Positions 10,247 through 19,787 of a stretch of DNA of 64,000 nucleotides are shown one piece after another. The stretch's first letter is position 1, and each line of letters opens with the position of its first letter. The stretch covers positions 71,519 through 135,518 of the forward strand of contig CAYSKO010000004.1 of assembly GCA_964431835.1 (NCBI GenBank), written 5' to 3'. A program made the position numbers and the translations under genes. The notes under the pieces were generated by a model. That model did no database searches, had not been told where the DNA came from, and saw only the letters and a list, made by a program, of their open reading frames with translations. This DNA comes from an uncultured Planctomycetia bacterium. Lineage in GTDB: Bacteria; Omnitrophota; Gorgyraeia; 2-02-FULL-51-18.

Positions 10247-11250
10247 GCGCGGCGCCGGCGGTTGGAGGCGAGGGTTACGGCGAGATCCAGCGATTCGCGC
10301 ATCGAACCCGCGTCCGCGCGGAATTTACCTGCGATGTCGTAGGCGGTGCCGTGATCGGGAGATGTGCGGACAAACGGGAGCCCCAGCGTAACGTTCACGC
10401 CCGAGCCGCGCGAGACCATCTTGAGCGGAATGAGTCCCTGGTCGTGGTACATGCAGATGACGGCGTCCCAGCGCCCCCCGTAGGCTTCGTGGAAAAGGGC
10501 GTCGGGCGAGAGCGGCCCTTCAAGTGTTCCTAGGACGCGGCGCCGGGCCCTCCGGACCGCAGGAGCGATCACGCGGATCTCCTCGTCCCCGAAGCGCCCG
10601 GACTCTCCCGCGTGGGGATTGAGTCCGCACACGACCAGACGGGGCTTTGCGATTCCGAACGAGCGGCCGAGCTCGGCGGCCGTCGTGACGATTGCCTCCT
10701 CAATGAGCGCCGCCGTGAGTTTCGAGGGGACGTCCCTTAGCGCCATGTGGCGCGTCACGGGGACGACGCGTAACCCGCCGCCAACGAGCATCATTTCGTA
10801 GCGCTTCGTATGCGATAACTCTGCGAGGTACTCGGTGTGCCCAGGCATCGTGAAACCGGCGCGCTGGAGTGCGGCCTTATTGATCGGTGGAGTCGCGACC
10901 GCGTCGGCTTCGCCGGCGAGAGCGAGCTCCGCGCCCAATTCGATCGAGCGAACGGCGAGCGCGGTGTGCGCGCGGTCGGGGCGGCCGGGACGCGCGGCGC
11001 CGGGCCAGACGAAAGGAAAAAAACAGGCGAGCTTCCGGCCCGCGGGCCGCGCGCCGGGATCGTTCACGTCCTCGAACTCTAAACGCAAGCCGAGACGCCG
11101 CGCGAGCGGACGGTAAAGCTCCGAAGGACCCAGAAGAAGCGCGCGAGCGGCCGCGAGCGGACGTACGAGCGCGCGCAGAGCGACCTCGGGGCCGATGCCG
11201 GCCGGATCGCCGAGGGTGACGGCGATCGTAAGTTCGGGGGATTTCTTCAA
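10243..11250 (-). CDS. pdxA: 4-hydroxythreonine-4-phosphate dehydrogenase
   Basis: TLGDPAGIGPE, HTEYLAEL, MYHDQGLIPLK motifs. Confidence 0.9.
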   Translation of the reverse strand: MKKSPELTIAVTLGDPAGIGPEVALRALVRPLAAARALLLGPSELYRPLARRLGLRLEFEDVNDPGARPAGRKLACFFPFVWPGAARPGRPDRAHTALAVRSIELGAELALAGEADAVATPPINKAALQRAGFTMPGHTEYLAELSHTKRYEMMLVGGGLRVVPVTRHMALRDVPSKLTAALIEEAIVTTAAELGRSFGIAKPRLVVCGLNPHAGESGRFGDEEIRVIAPAVRRARRRVLGTLEGPLSPDALFHEAYGGRWDAVICMYHDQGLIPLKMVSRGSGVNVTLGLPFVRTSPDHGTAYDIAGKFRADAGSMRESLDLAVTLASNRRRRA

Positions 11251-12204
11251 CTAGCGGATGGAGACGTACGCGCCTTTTTTGAGGTCGGCGATCCAGGCGC
11301 CCAGCCGTTCGTCGAGCTTCTTGCGGAAAAGCTTGTCGTTGATCTCCTGACGAACGTCGGAGAGAGGCTTGACGGAAGTTTTTTGACGCTCGGCGACGCG
11401 GAAGATATGGTAACCTAGCGAGCTTTTAATCGGGGGCGTGACCCCGCCCTCGGCAAGCGCGAACACCTTTTCGTCGATCTCTCCCATGAGCTGGCCTTTT
11501 TCCATCCAGCCCATTTGACCACCTTCTTTCGCCTCCGCGCCTTCGGAATAAGTGCGCGCCAGCTCGTCAAAAGGCTTTCCTTCGGCGAGTTCGGTGGCGA
11601 TCTTGTCGGCCAGAAGCTTCGATTCTTCTTCGCCGCGCGTGGCGGTGCGGATGAGGATATGCTCGAGACGCGCGCGGTCGCCCTGGACGAACAACGCCTG
11701 ATTGGCCTTGTAATACTCGCTCACCTCGCCCGGAGAGACGGAAACCTTAGACTTCACCTCGTAGGCGACGAGCTTCTGGGTCATGAGCTGATCGCGGAAG
11801 CGGTTCCAAAGCTTTTTTTCTGTGAGCCCCTGTTCTTCGATGGCACGCAGGAACGTCTCCCGGTTCGGAAACTTGTTCCGGACCTCGTTCAGCATCTCGT
11901 CGACTTCCTCGTCCTTGACGATGACCAGGAGGCGCTTGGCTTCGCTTAAGATCAGCTTGTCCTCGATGACCTTGCCGAGGAACTCCTTGCGGGCTTCCTG
12001 AAGCTTTTGGTCGAATTCCTTGCCGGCGTACACCGTCCGGTACTGTGCGATGACGGGGCCCATCGAAACCTGGAGGTCTTGCTCGGTCACGATCTCATCA
12101 TTGACGACCGCGATGATCCTCTCGACCACTTCGGCGGCCGGAACGGCTGCCGCGCTCGCAAAGGCCAGCACGAAGAAAAGGGCGACGCGCGGAAACTTGG
12201 TCAC
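11251..12204 (-). CDS. surA: SurA-like periplasmic chaperone / parvulin PPIase
   Basis: Signal peptide, SurA N-terminal domain and a PPIC domain (GYHIFRV). Its position upstream of pdxA-ksgA matches the conserved surA-pdxA-ksgA order. Confidence 0.8.
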   Translation of the reverse strand: MTKFPRVALFFVLAFASAAAVPAAEVVERIIAVVNDEIVTEQDLQVSMGPVIAQYRTVYAGKEFDQKLQEARKEFLGKVIEDKLILSEAKRLLVIVKDEEVDEMLNEVRNKFPNRETFLRAIEEQGLTEKKLWNRFRDQLMTQKLVAYEVKSKVSVSPGEVSEYYKANQALFVQGDRARLEHILIRTATRGEEESKLLADKIATELAEGKPFDELARTYSEGAEAKEGGQMGWMEKGQLMGEIDEKVFALAEGGVTPPIKSSLGYHIFRVAERQKTSVKPLSDVRQEINDKLFRKKLDERLGAWIADLKKGAYVSIR

Positions 12205-13187
12205 TTGGCGCTCCGGGGAGCTTCGGCGGGCGCGGCCGGTACGGCTCCGCCTGGGGCTTCGGCGGCGGACGCGGGGTTCCGCGCACCGATCTCTTCGAGC
12301 GCGGATTCGTCGATCTTTACGGTCGCGCCGCCTTTCAGACGGTCGACGAACGCGTGGAAAGCGGCAGACCGCTTTTCGTTCAAGAGACGCTCTTCGATCA
12401 GGGGCTTCACCGAAGCGAAATCGCGCAGGGCGGGTTCGCCGCGGTCGGTCAGGCGGATGATATGCCAGCCGAAGCGCGATTTCACGGGGTCGCTCGTCTC
12501 GCCTTTTTTCATCATGAACGCGGCCTGCTCGAACTCGGGGACGAACTGGCCTTTCTGGAAGAAGCCGAGATCGCCGCCGCGGATGGCGGTCTGGTCGACC
12601 GAACGCTTGCGAGCAGTCTCTTCGAAATCGGCCCCGCCGTCGAGCGCCACCTTGACGGCCTGCGCCTCCTCCCCCGTCTTCACGAGAATGTGAGACGCGC
12701 GGAAAAGCTCGGGCGTCATGAACTCGTCCTTGTGGGACTCGTAATAGCGGGAGGCTTCGTCGGGCGCGAGCTCGATCTTCTTGTCGACTTCGGTCTCGAT
12801 GAGGCGCGCGATCAATATCTTTCTGTGGGCGGCCTCGAGCACATCCTTCACTTCGGGGTCGTTTTGGATCTTCCGCTTCTCGGCTTCGCGGAAAAGGTAA
12901 CGCTCGGCGGCCATATCTTCGAGGAAGCGCTTTTTGTTGCGGAGCGCCACTTCGCGAAGCTGGCGCGGCAGGGTTTCGATCTTGGCGCTGAACTCCTTGT
13001 CCGTGATCGTCATGTCATCGAAGCGGGCCACGACTTCGCCTTCGTTCTTCTTGGCACAGCCGGCCAGAACGAGGACCGTGGCGAGCGCGCAGAGCGCGGC
13101 CTTCGAGGGTCTAAAGAATGGCTGTTCGGAGAGAGTCGTTTTATTCACGAGAAACCCGACTATACCACATCTAACCGGGGCTCTCAA
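12201..13187 (-). CDS. Parvulin-type peptidyl-prolyl isomerase lipoprotein (second SurA/PrsA-like)
   Basis: LAGC lipobox and a PPIC-type rotamase domain (RASHILV...GWHIIRL). Confidence 0.75.
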   Translation of the reverse strand: MRAPVRCGIVGFLVNKTTLSEQPFFRPSKAALCALATVLVLAGCAKKNEGEVVARFDDMTITDKEFSAKIETLPRQLREVALRNKKRFLEDMAAERYLFREAEKRKIQNDPEVKDVLEAAHRKILIARLIETEVDKKIELAPDEASRYYESHKDEFMTPELFRASHILVKTGEEAQAVKVALDGGADFEETARKRSVDQTAIRGGDLGFFQKGQFVPEFEQAAFMMKKGETSDPVKSRFGWHIIRLTDRGEPALRDFASVKPLIEERLLNEKRSAAFHAFVDRLKGGATVKIDESALEEIGARNPASAAEAPGGAVPAAPAEAPRSAK

Positions 13188-15111
13188 GTCGATGCGATTC
13201 GAGGCCGGCCGCGCGCTCCGCCTTGAGGTGCGTCACGGCCTCCCTTAAAATCCGGCAGTAGAGATCGAAGCCGACGTGGGAGATGTAGCCGCTCTGCTCG
13301 GTGCCTAGGATGTTTCCGGCACCGCGGATCTCCAGATCCTCCATCGCGACGTTGAAGCCCGACCCCAGGTACGTGAACCGCTCGATCGCCCGCAGGCGCC
13401 GCTCGGATTCTTCGGTCAGCACGACCCCTTTCGGGATGAGGAGATAGGCGTGGGCGCTGCGGTCGAACCGTCCGACACGGCCGCGCAGCTGATAGAGCTC
13501 GGACAAGCCGAAGAGATCGGCGCGGTTGACGATGAGCGTGTTTGCGTTGGGGATATCGATCCCGGATTCAACGATCGTCGTCGAGACGAGGACGTCGAGC
13601 TCCCCTTGGATAAACTTCCGCATCACCTCTTCCAGCGCCTTCGCCGGCATCTGTCCGTGGCCCACGGACACACGCGCCTCCGGGGCGAGCTCCTGCACTT
13701 TTTTCGCGACCTTCTCGATCCCCTGCACGCGGTTGTGAATGAAAAACACCTGCCCTTTCCGGCCCACTTCGCGGCGGATGGCCTCGCGGATGGTCTCATC
13801 GGTCGCTTGCGTGACGATGGTCTCGACGGGCTTGCGGTTCCGGGGTGGCGTATTGATCGTGGACATGTCCTTCGCGCCGACGAGCGACATGTAGAGCGTG
13901 CGCGGGATCGGCGTCGCGGTGAGAGTAAGGACGTCCACTAGGAGCCGCAGACGCTTTAGATGCTCTTTGTGGCGGACGCCGAAGCGCTGTTCCTCGTCGA
14001 TGATCACGAGACCAAGATCCCGGAACGCGACGTCCCTGGAAAGCAGGCGGTGTGTGCCAATTACAATGTCGCAGGTTCCTGCGGCGAGGCACGCGACCGT
14101 GTCCTTCAGTTCCCGGGCGGTCTGGAAGCGCGATAGCAAGTGGACGCGGACGGGGAAATTCTTCATGCGCTTGCGGAACGTCTCGTAATGCTGTTCGGCC
14201 AGGAGTGTCGTCGGAACGAGGATGCCCACCTGCTTCCCGTCCATCACGACCTTGAACGCAGCCCGGAGCGCGACTTCGGTTTTTCCGTACCCAACGTCCC
14301 CGCAGAGGAGCCGGTCCATCGGCTGGGCAGATTCCAAGTCCCTCTTCACCTCTTCGACGGAACGGATCTGGTCTTCGGTCTCGTCGTACGGGAATTCTTC
14401 TTCGAGCTGCTTCTGCCACTCGGTGTCCGGACCGTAGCGATGAGGTTTTTCGAGCGCCTGGCGCTGGGCCTGCAGGTCCAAAAGCTCGCTCGCGAATGAA
14501 AGCACGCCTTTGCGGGCGCGCTCCTTCATCTTCTCCCAGCCCTTCGTACCGAGGTACGAAAGTTCCGGCTTGGACTTGCCGAACGAAACGTAGCGCTGGA
14601 GGAGGTGCAAGTCGCGCGTGGGGACGTAAAGAACGTTCTTCTCGGCGAACTCGAGAACGAAATGGTCTTCGGGGTCGCCCGAGGCGTTCTTGAGGCCCTT
14701 CAGTCCGCGATAAAGCGCGATACCGTGCAGCACGTGCACCACGTAGTCACCGATCTCGATGTCGATGAAAGGATCGACGGGCGATTCGTACTCGAGGAGC
14801 GCGTTCGCGCCGCGGGCGCCGCGCGGCCTCGCCTGCTTGGCGGGCATCACGATAACCATGCGGTGGGGCTCGAGCCGTTTGCCGCTGGAAGGGTCAAAGG
14901 TGTGGATCGATTCGACGGCCTCGTTGGAGAGCTCGATGCGGACCGGGAGAGAAAAGTGAGGCGGGAAAACGTCCACGACGCCGCCGCGCATGGCGAACTC
15001 GCCGTGGCCTCCCACCTGCTCCTGGCGGCGGTAGCCGAATTCGACGAGCCGCTTGGCGATGGATTCCCAGCGGATTTCCTTACCGACGTAAAATTCGAAA
15101 GTCTCGAACAT
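13171..15111 (-). CDS. mfd: Transcription-repair coupling factor Mfd, N-terminally truncated form (646 aa)
   Basis: RNAP-interacting domain (DYVVHVLHGIALYRGL), superfamily-2 translocase motifs (GDVGYGKTEVA, DEEQRFGV) and the TRG motif are present. The protein starts inside the UvrB-homology module. Only 33 nt separate its start from the argS stop. Confidence 0.88.
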   Translation of the reverse strand: MFETFEFYVGKEIRWESIAKRLVEFGYRRQEQVGGHGEFAMRGGVVDVFPPHFSLPVRIELSNEAVESIHTFDPSSGKRLEPHRMVIVMPAKQARPRGARGANALLEYESPVDPFIDIEIGDYVVHVLHGIALYRGLKGLKNASGDPEDHFVLEFAEKNVLYVPTRDLHLLQRYVSFGKSKPELSYLGTKGWEKMKERARKGVLSFASELLDLQAQRQALEKPHRYGPDTEWQKQLEEEFPYDETEDQIRSVEEVKRDLESAQPMDRLLCGDVGYGKTEVALRAAFKVVMDGKQVGILVPTTLLAEQHYETFRKRMKNFPVRVHLLSRFQTARELKDTVACLAAGTCDIVIGTHRLLSRDVAFRDLGLVIIDEEQRFGVRHKEHLKRLRLLVDVLTLTATPIPRTLYMSLVGAKDMSTINTPPRNRKPVETIVTQATDETIREAIRREVGRKGQVFFIHNRVQGIEKVAKKVQELAPEARVSVGHGQMPAKALEEVMRKFIQGELDVLVSTTIVESGIDIPNANTLIVNRADLFGLSELYQLRGRVGRFDRSAHAYLLIPKGVVLTEESERRLRAIERFTYLGSGFNVAMEDLEIRGAGNILGTEQSGYISHVGFDLYCRILREAVTHLKAERAAGLESHRLESPG

Positions 15112-15144
15112 AAGGGATTTAAAAAAGGGCGGGTTCGCCCGGAA

Positions 15145-16821
15145 TTACATCTTAAGAGGCGCGGACACTCCGAGAAGTCCGAGGCCCGAACGGATCACGG
15201 CCTGGAGGGCGTCGCACAGCATGAGCCGGGCCCGCGTCTGCTCTGGATCGTCCCCGAGCACCCGGTTTTCGGCGTAGAAACGGTGAAATTCGGCGGCGAG
15301 GTCCACTAGATAGGAGACCAAGCGGAACGGCTCGAGAGTCGTCTCGGCTCCCTCCAACGCCTCTTCGTAGCGCGCCAGGTGCCTCAACACGCGCAACTCG
15401 CCGGGAGACGTGAGTTTTGCCAAAACGGCGTCGTCCCATTCGAGGCGGGCGCCGCGCTCCGCGCACTGGTTTTTGATGCTCTCGACGCGCGCGTGGGCGT
15501 ACTGGATGTAAAAAACGGGGTTGTCCGGCGTCTGGCTTTTGGCGAGCGCGAGGTCGAAGTCCAGGTGAGCGTCGAACTTGCGCATGAGATAGAAGAAACG
15601 TCCCGCGTCGCGTCCCACTTCGTCCAGAATTTCCCGGAGCGTCACGAACTCGCCGGCGCGCGTGGACATCCTCACCTGCTTGCCGTCTTCGTAAAGGGTC
15701 ACCAGCTGCGCGATCAGGACGTTGATACGCTCCGGATCGTGGCCGAGCGCCGCCTGCGAGGCCTTGAGCCGCGCGATGTAACCGTGGTGGTCGGGGCCCA
15801 GGATGTTGATGAGCAGCTCGAATCCCCGCTCGAATTTGTGGTGGTGATAGGCGATGTCGGGCGTCAGATAAGTGTAGTTCTTGTCGGATTTCACGAGAAC
15901 GCGGTCCTTGTCGTCGCCGTAGTCCGTGGATTTGAGCCACACGGCGCCGTCGTTCTCGTAGACTTTGCCCTTCCCCTTCAGCTCTTCGAGCGTCTTCTCG
16001 ACGCGGCCCGACTTACCCAGCTCTTCTTGGCTGTAGAAACTGTCGAACGCCACTCCGAAATCCAAGAGATCTTTTCGGATGCCTTCCATGATCGTGTCGC
16101 GGGCGTAGCACCGGCACTCGGCGAGATCGGCGTTCGGGCTTTTTTTATGAAGCTCACGGGCGATGTCCGTGAGGTAATCGCCCTGGTAGTAGTTCTCCGG
16201 CATCGGAGGATTCGCTGGAAGCTTGGAGTCGTGCTCGCGGCGCACCTCGTTCAGACGGTACTCGCACGAAAGTCCGAGCGTGTTGATCTGCACGCCCTCG
16301 TCGTTGTTGTAGTACTCCTTCGTGACCTGGTGGCCGCGGAATGCGAGGATCCGGCCCAGGGAGTCGCCGAGCGCGGCTTGGCGGCCGTGCGCCACCGTGA
16401 GGGGTCCCGTAGGATTCGCACTCACGAATTCGAGGAGGATATTTTTCGCTTCGAGCGTCTTCGGCTTGCCGTACGCGGCGCCTTCGGCGCGGATGCGCGC
16501 GAGCACGGAGGCGGCTTCGGTGTCGGAGAAAGTGAAATTGATGAACCCGGCGCCTTCGACCGTGACTTTGGCCACGCGGGGGGCGTCCGGCGAGGCGCCG
16601 AGCGACGCCAGCAGCTCGGCTGCCACTTTGTCAGCCAACGCGCGCGGCGCCGTCTTCGCGGCCTTCGCGGCGCGGAATGCGGCGTTAGTGGCGAGATCAC
16701 CGAACTTCGCGTCGCGCGGGGTCTCGAACGAGGCGAGCGCGTCCGCGGCCGAAACCGGATGACCGGCGCGTTCGAGGGCTCCCGCCAGGTAGGAGGCGAG
16801 TGCGTCCTTCAGCGGCCGCAT
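15145..16821 (-). CDS. argS: Arginine--tRNA ligase
   Basis: 558 aa with a class-I HIGH-region equivalent and a DALR anticodon-binding C-terminus ending in M. Confidence 0.95.
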   Translation of the reverse strand: MRPLKDALASYLAGALERAGHPVSAADALASFETPRDAKFGDLATNAAFRAAKAAKTAPRALADKVAAELLASLGASPDAPRVAKVTVEGAGFINFTFSDTEAASVLARIRAEGAAYGKPKTLEAKNILLEFVSANPTGPLTVAHGRQAALGDSLGRILAFRGHQVTKEYYNNDEGVQINTLGLSCEYRLNEVRREHDSKLPANPPMPENYYQGDYLTDIARELHKKSPNADLAECRCYARDTIMEGIRKDLLDFGVAFDSFYSQEELGKSGRVEKTLEELKGKGKVYENDGAVWLKSTDYGDDKDRVLVKSDKNYTYLTPDIAYHHHKFERGFELLINILGPDHHGYIARLKASQAALGHDPERINVLIAQLVTLYEDGKQVRMSTRAGEFVTLREILDEVGRDAGRFFYLMRKFDAHLDFDLALAKSQTPDNPVFYIQYAHARVESIKNQCAERGARLEWDDAVLAKLTSPGELRVLRHLARYEEALEGAETTLEPFRLVSYLVDLAAEFHRFYAENRVLGDDPEQTRARLMLCDALQAVIRSGLGLLGVSAPLKM

Positions 16822-16828
16822 CGGAAGC

Positions 16829-17182
16829 TCATTGCTCCTTCGCGACGAACGCGGTGCGAGGCGCGTCGCCCCAAAGCGTCTCGAGCGCGTAGAACTTGCG
16901 CGTGTCTTCGTGAAACACGTGCGCGACCACGTCGCCGTAGTCGAGCAGCACCCAAAGGCCGTCTTGGTAGCCTTCCTTGTGGATCACACGCAGCCCCTCC
17001 GCTTCGAGCGCGGTTTCGATCGAGTCGGCGATCGTCTTCACGCGCACCGTGGACGGCGCGCTCGCGAGCACGAAGTGGCTACAGAACGAGGAACGCCTCG
17101 CCATGTCCATAAGGACGATGTCGTCCGCCTTCTTGTCGTGGGCGGCCTCGCAGATGACGTCGATCTTTTCACGTGTTTCGAT
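16829..17182 (-). CDS. rsfS: Ribosome silencing factor RsfS (Iojap); conserved N-terminus lies upstream of the first ATG
   Basis: The track ORF is 16829..17110. Reading the same frame upstream gives VIETREKIDVICEAAHDKKADDIVLMDM, which is the conserved RsfS N-terminus. That frame runs straight back to the nadD stop codon with no ATG, GTG or TTG. A GGAGG Shine-Dalgarno sits 5 nt before an ATC codon at 17182. Confidence 0.75.
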   Translation of the reverse strand: METREKIDVICEAAHDKKADDIVLMDMARRSSFCSHFVLASAPSTVRVKTIADSIETALEAEGLRVIHKEGYQDGLWVLLDYGDVVAHVFHEDTRKFYALETLWGDAPRTAFVAKEQ

Positions 17183-17185
17183 GAC

Positions 17186-17692
17186 TTACCTCCGTTTACG
17201 TAACGCACGCCGAAGCCGCGTCGACGAAACGTCGAGCGCGTCGAACGGCATCGAAAGAACCCCTTCGGGGAGCGGCACCGGCTTCCAGCCCTGACGCGAG
17301 GCGACGACGAAGCGGCACAACCGCCGGATCTCGCCGAACGAACGCCATTTCCGCAAGTCCGTCGCGGCGTCGGCGCCGGTCAGAAAATAAAGCACGGCCG
17401 AAGCGCCGTGCTTCCGTTTGAAATATTTTAACGTATCCACCGTAAAAGATAAGCCTTTTCTTCGAAGCTCGCAGTCGGAAACCTCGAAGTGTGGGCGCGA
17501 GCGGACGGCGCGGCGGACGCGCCCCAGGCGCTGGCGGGCCGAAAAAAGCGGTTCTTTCGCCTTCAAGGGATTCCGGCGGGAGGGCACGAAAACGACCTTG
17601 TCGAGATTGAGCTGGTCGAAGGCCGCGTCGGCGAGCTTCAAATGCCCCTCATGCGGAGGGTCGAACGTGCCCCCGAGGAGGCCGATCCTCAT
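17186..17692 (-). CDS. nadD: Nicotinate-nucleotide adenylyltransferase
   Basis: GGTFDPPHEGH (HxGH) motif in a short-form 168-aa protein. ATGA overlap with proA. Confidence 0.85.
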   Translation of the reverse strand: MRIGLLGGTFDPPHEGHLKLADAAFDQLNLDKVVFVPSRRNPLKAKEPLFSARQRLGRVRRAVRSRPHFEVSDCELRRKGLSFTVDTLKYFKRKHGASAVLYFLTGADAATDLRKWRSFGEIRRLCRFVVASRQGWKPVPLPEGVLSMPFDALDVSSTRLRRALRKRR

Positions 17693-18945
17693 TTACGGAC
17701 CTGGCCGTTCCCGGTCACGACGTATTTGTAGGTTGTCAACTCTTCGAGGCCCATAGGTCCCCGCGCGTGCAGCTTGTCGGTCGAAATACCCATCTCCGCG
17801 CCCATTCCGAACTCTCCTCCATCGTTGAAGCGCGTGGAGCAGTTCACGAACACGCAGGCGCTCTCTACCTTCGAGACGAACGTCGCGGCAGCCTTTTTGT
17901 CGCGCGTGACGATCGCATCGGAATGCATCGAGCCGTATTTGCGGATGTGGGCGATGGCGGCTTCGATATCCGGCACCACGCGGACCGCAAGAACCATGTC
18001 CAAGTACTCGGCGTGCCAGTCTTCCTCGGTCGCGGCCTTGACGCCGGAGACGAGCGCTCGCGTGGACTTGTCCGCACGGATCTCGACACCCTTTTCGGCG
18101 AGCGCGGCGCAGATCCGGGGCAAGAAACTCTTCGCCGCGTCGCGGTGAACCAGGAGCGTCTCGAGCGCGTTGCACGCGGCCGGATTCTGGATTTTGGCGT
18201 TCAGCACGATGCTCTCGGCTTTCGAGAAATCGGCCTTCCTGTCCACGAACACGTGGCAGACGCCCTTGTAGTGCTTGATGACGGGGATGCGCGAATTCTC
18301 GGCAACGTCGCGGATCAGGCCTTCGCCGCCGCGCGGGATCACGAGGTCGATCGTGCCGGTCAGTCCGAGCAAGGTCTTCACGGCTGCGCGATCGCCCGTC
18401 GGAACGAATTCGAATGCGCCGGCCGGAATCCCCTTCTTCCGCGCCGCCTCATCCATCGTGCGGAAAATAGCCCGGTTCGATTCGAACGCTTCGCTGCCGC
18501 CCTTCAGGATCACGGCGTTGCCGGATTTCAGGCAAAGCGCCATGCAGTCGGCGGTCACGTTGGGCCGCGATTCGTAAATGATGAGAATCGTCCCGATCGG
18601 GACGCTGACTTTTCGGATGCGGAGTCCGTTCGGACGCTTCCGCTCGAGGAGCGGACGGCCGACGGGATCGGGAAGCTTTGCGATCTGACGGACGGAATCG
18701 GCCACCTTACGCAGCTTCGCATCGTCCAGCGCGAGCCGCGCGATCAGGCTCGGCTGAAGCCCACGCCCACGGGCGCGCCGGACGTCTTCGGCGTTGGCCT
18801 CGAGGATCATCGCGGCGTTCAGCTCGATCGCCCCGGCCATGGCCTCTAAAGCGCGGTTCTTAGCCCCCGTCTTGAGCGTGCCGAGCACGGAGGAGGCTTC
18901 GCGAGCGCGTTGGGCGAGCCGTTTCACTTCTTTTTCGATCGTCAT
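17689..18945 (-). CDS. proA: Gamma-glutamyl phosphate reductase
   Basis: Aldehyde-dehydrogenase fold ProA signature. I took the internal start MTIEKEV because the long track ORF would run deep into proB. The resulting 4-nt overlap with proB supports this start. Confidence 0.9.
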   Translation of the reverse strand: MTIEKEVKRLAQRAREASSVLGTLKTGAKNRALEAMAGAIELNAAMILEANAEDVRRARGRGLQPSLIARLALDDAKLRKVADSVRQIAKLPDPVGRPLLERKRPNGLRIRKVSVPIGTILIIYESRPNVTADCMALCLKSGNAVILKGGSEAFESNRAIFRTMDEAARKKGIPAGAFEFVPTGDRAAVKTLLGLTGTIDLVIPRGGEGLIRDVAENSRIPVIKHYKGVCHVFVDRKADFSKAESIVLNAKIQNPAACNALETLLVHRDAAKSFLPRICAALAEKGVEIRADKSTRALVSGVKAATEEDWHAEYLDMVLAVRVVPDIEAAIAHIRKYGSMHSDAIVTRDKKAAATFVSKVESACVFVNCSTRFNDGGEFGMGAEMGISTDKLHARGPMGLEELTTYKYVVTGNGQVRK

Positions 18946-19787
18946 CGCTCGATGTGATTCACGTAGTGGCGAATCCAGTTCTGGGGCCGGCGGCCGCCGC
19001 GCCGGGCGGGCGCGAAAAAGGTGCCGACGTCTTCCCCACCGAAGATCCTCTCGAGGACGCGCGGTTGCCGCCCTCCCGCCAGGAACACGGGGATACCCGC
19101 GTCGACGCACATTTGGATCGATTTGAGCTTCGAGGCCATCCCGCCGACGGTGAAGCGCGTCTTCACGTCTTTCACGTGCGCGAAGACCGAATCTCCCATC
19201 CGCTCGACCACCTGGATACGGTTCCTGCGATCGGACCGGTCGCCGCCGGCGTAGAGCCCGTCGGTATCAGAAAGGATCACGAGTACGTCCGCTTCGACGA
19301 GAATCGAAAGAAGGGCCGAAAGGCGGTCGTTGTCGCCGAAACGGATTTCCTCGGTCGCGACCGTGTCATTCTCATTGATGATGGGGACGAGGCCCCAATC
19401 CTGGATCTGCTTGAGCGTCCGCTTGGCGTTGAGGAAACGTTTGCGCACGGCAAGATCGTCCCAGGTCAGGAGGACCTGTGCGGTCGAATAACCCTTTTTG
19501 GAGAACGCATCCTCGTAGCACTGCATGAGGTAGCGCTGGCCGACCGCTGCTGCCCCTTGAAGGCCTTCCATCGTGGTGGGACGGGCTTTGAGTTTCAGGA
19601 TGGTCATGCCGCTCCCGATTGCGCCCGAGCTCACGACGGCGACTCGAATGCCCCTATTGAGGAAAGACGCGACCTGCGTGGTGAGGCCGGCGACGATCGC
19701 ACGGTCGAAACGGCCGTCTTTGGTCAGCACCGAAGTGCCCACTTTGATGACGATACTCTTCATGCCCTTCACGAACGTGCCCCTCAC
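18942..19787 (-). CDS. proB: Glutamate 5-kinase (short form without PUA domain)
   Basis: MKSIVIKVGTSVLT and amino-acid-kinase motifs in a 281-aa protein. ATGA overlap with the obg stop. Confidence 0.9.
   Translation of the reverse strand: MRGTFVKGMKSIVIKVGTSVLTKDGRFDRAIVAGLTTQVASFLNRGIRVAVVSSGAIGSGMTILKLKARPTTMEGLQGAAAVGQRYLMQCYEDAFSKKGYSTAQVLLTWDDLAVRKRFLNAKRTLKQIQDWGLVPIINENDTVATEEIRFGDNDRLSALLSILVEADVLVILSDTDGLYAGGDRSDRRNRIQVVERMGDSVFAHVKDVKTRFTVGGMASKLKSIQMCVDAGIPVFLAGGRQPRVLERIFGGEDVGTFFAPARRGGRRPQNWIRHYVNHIER

Noticed and set aside
17689-19110. Long N-terminal extensions in the track ORFs of proA, proC, pilB2, pilA, rplU, the BNR protein, the pyruvyl transferase, the acetyltransferase and others.
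   Set aside because: The extensions are Arg/Pro-rich, overlap the upstream gene by hundreds of nt, and bypass internal starts that give canonical N-termini and 4-nt ATGA/GTGA overlaps. I treated them as artefacts of longest-ORF calling.
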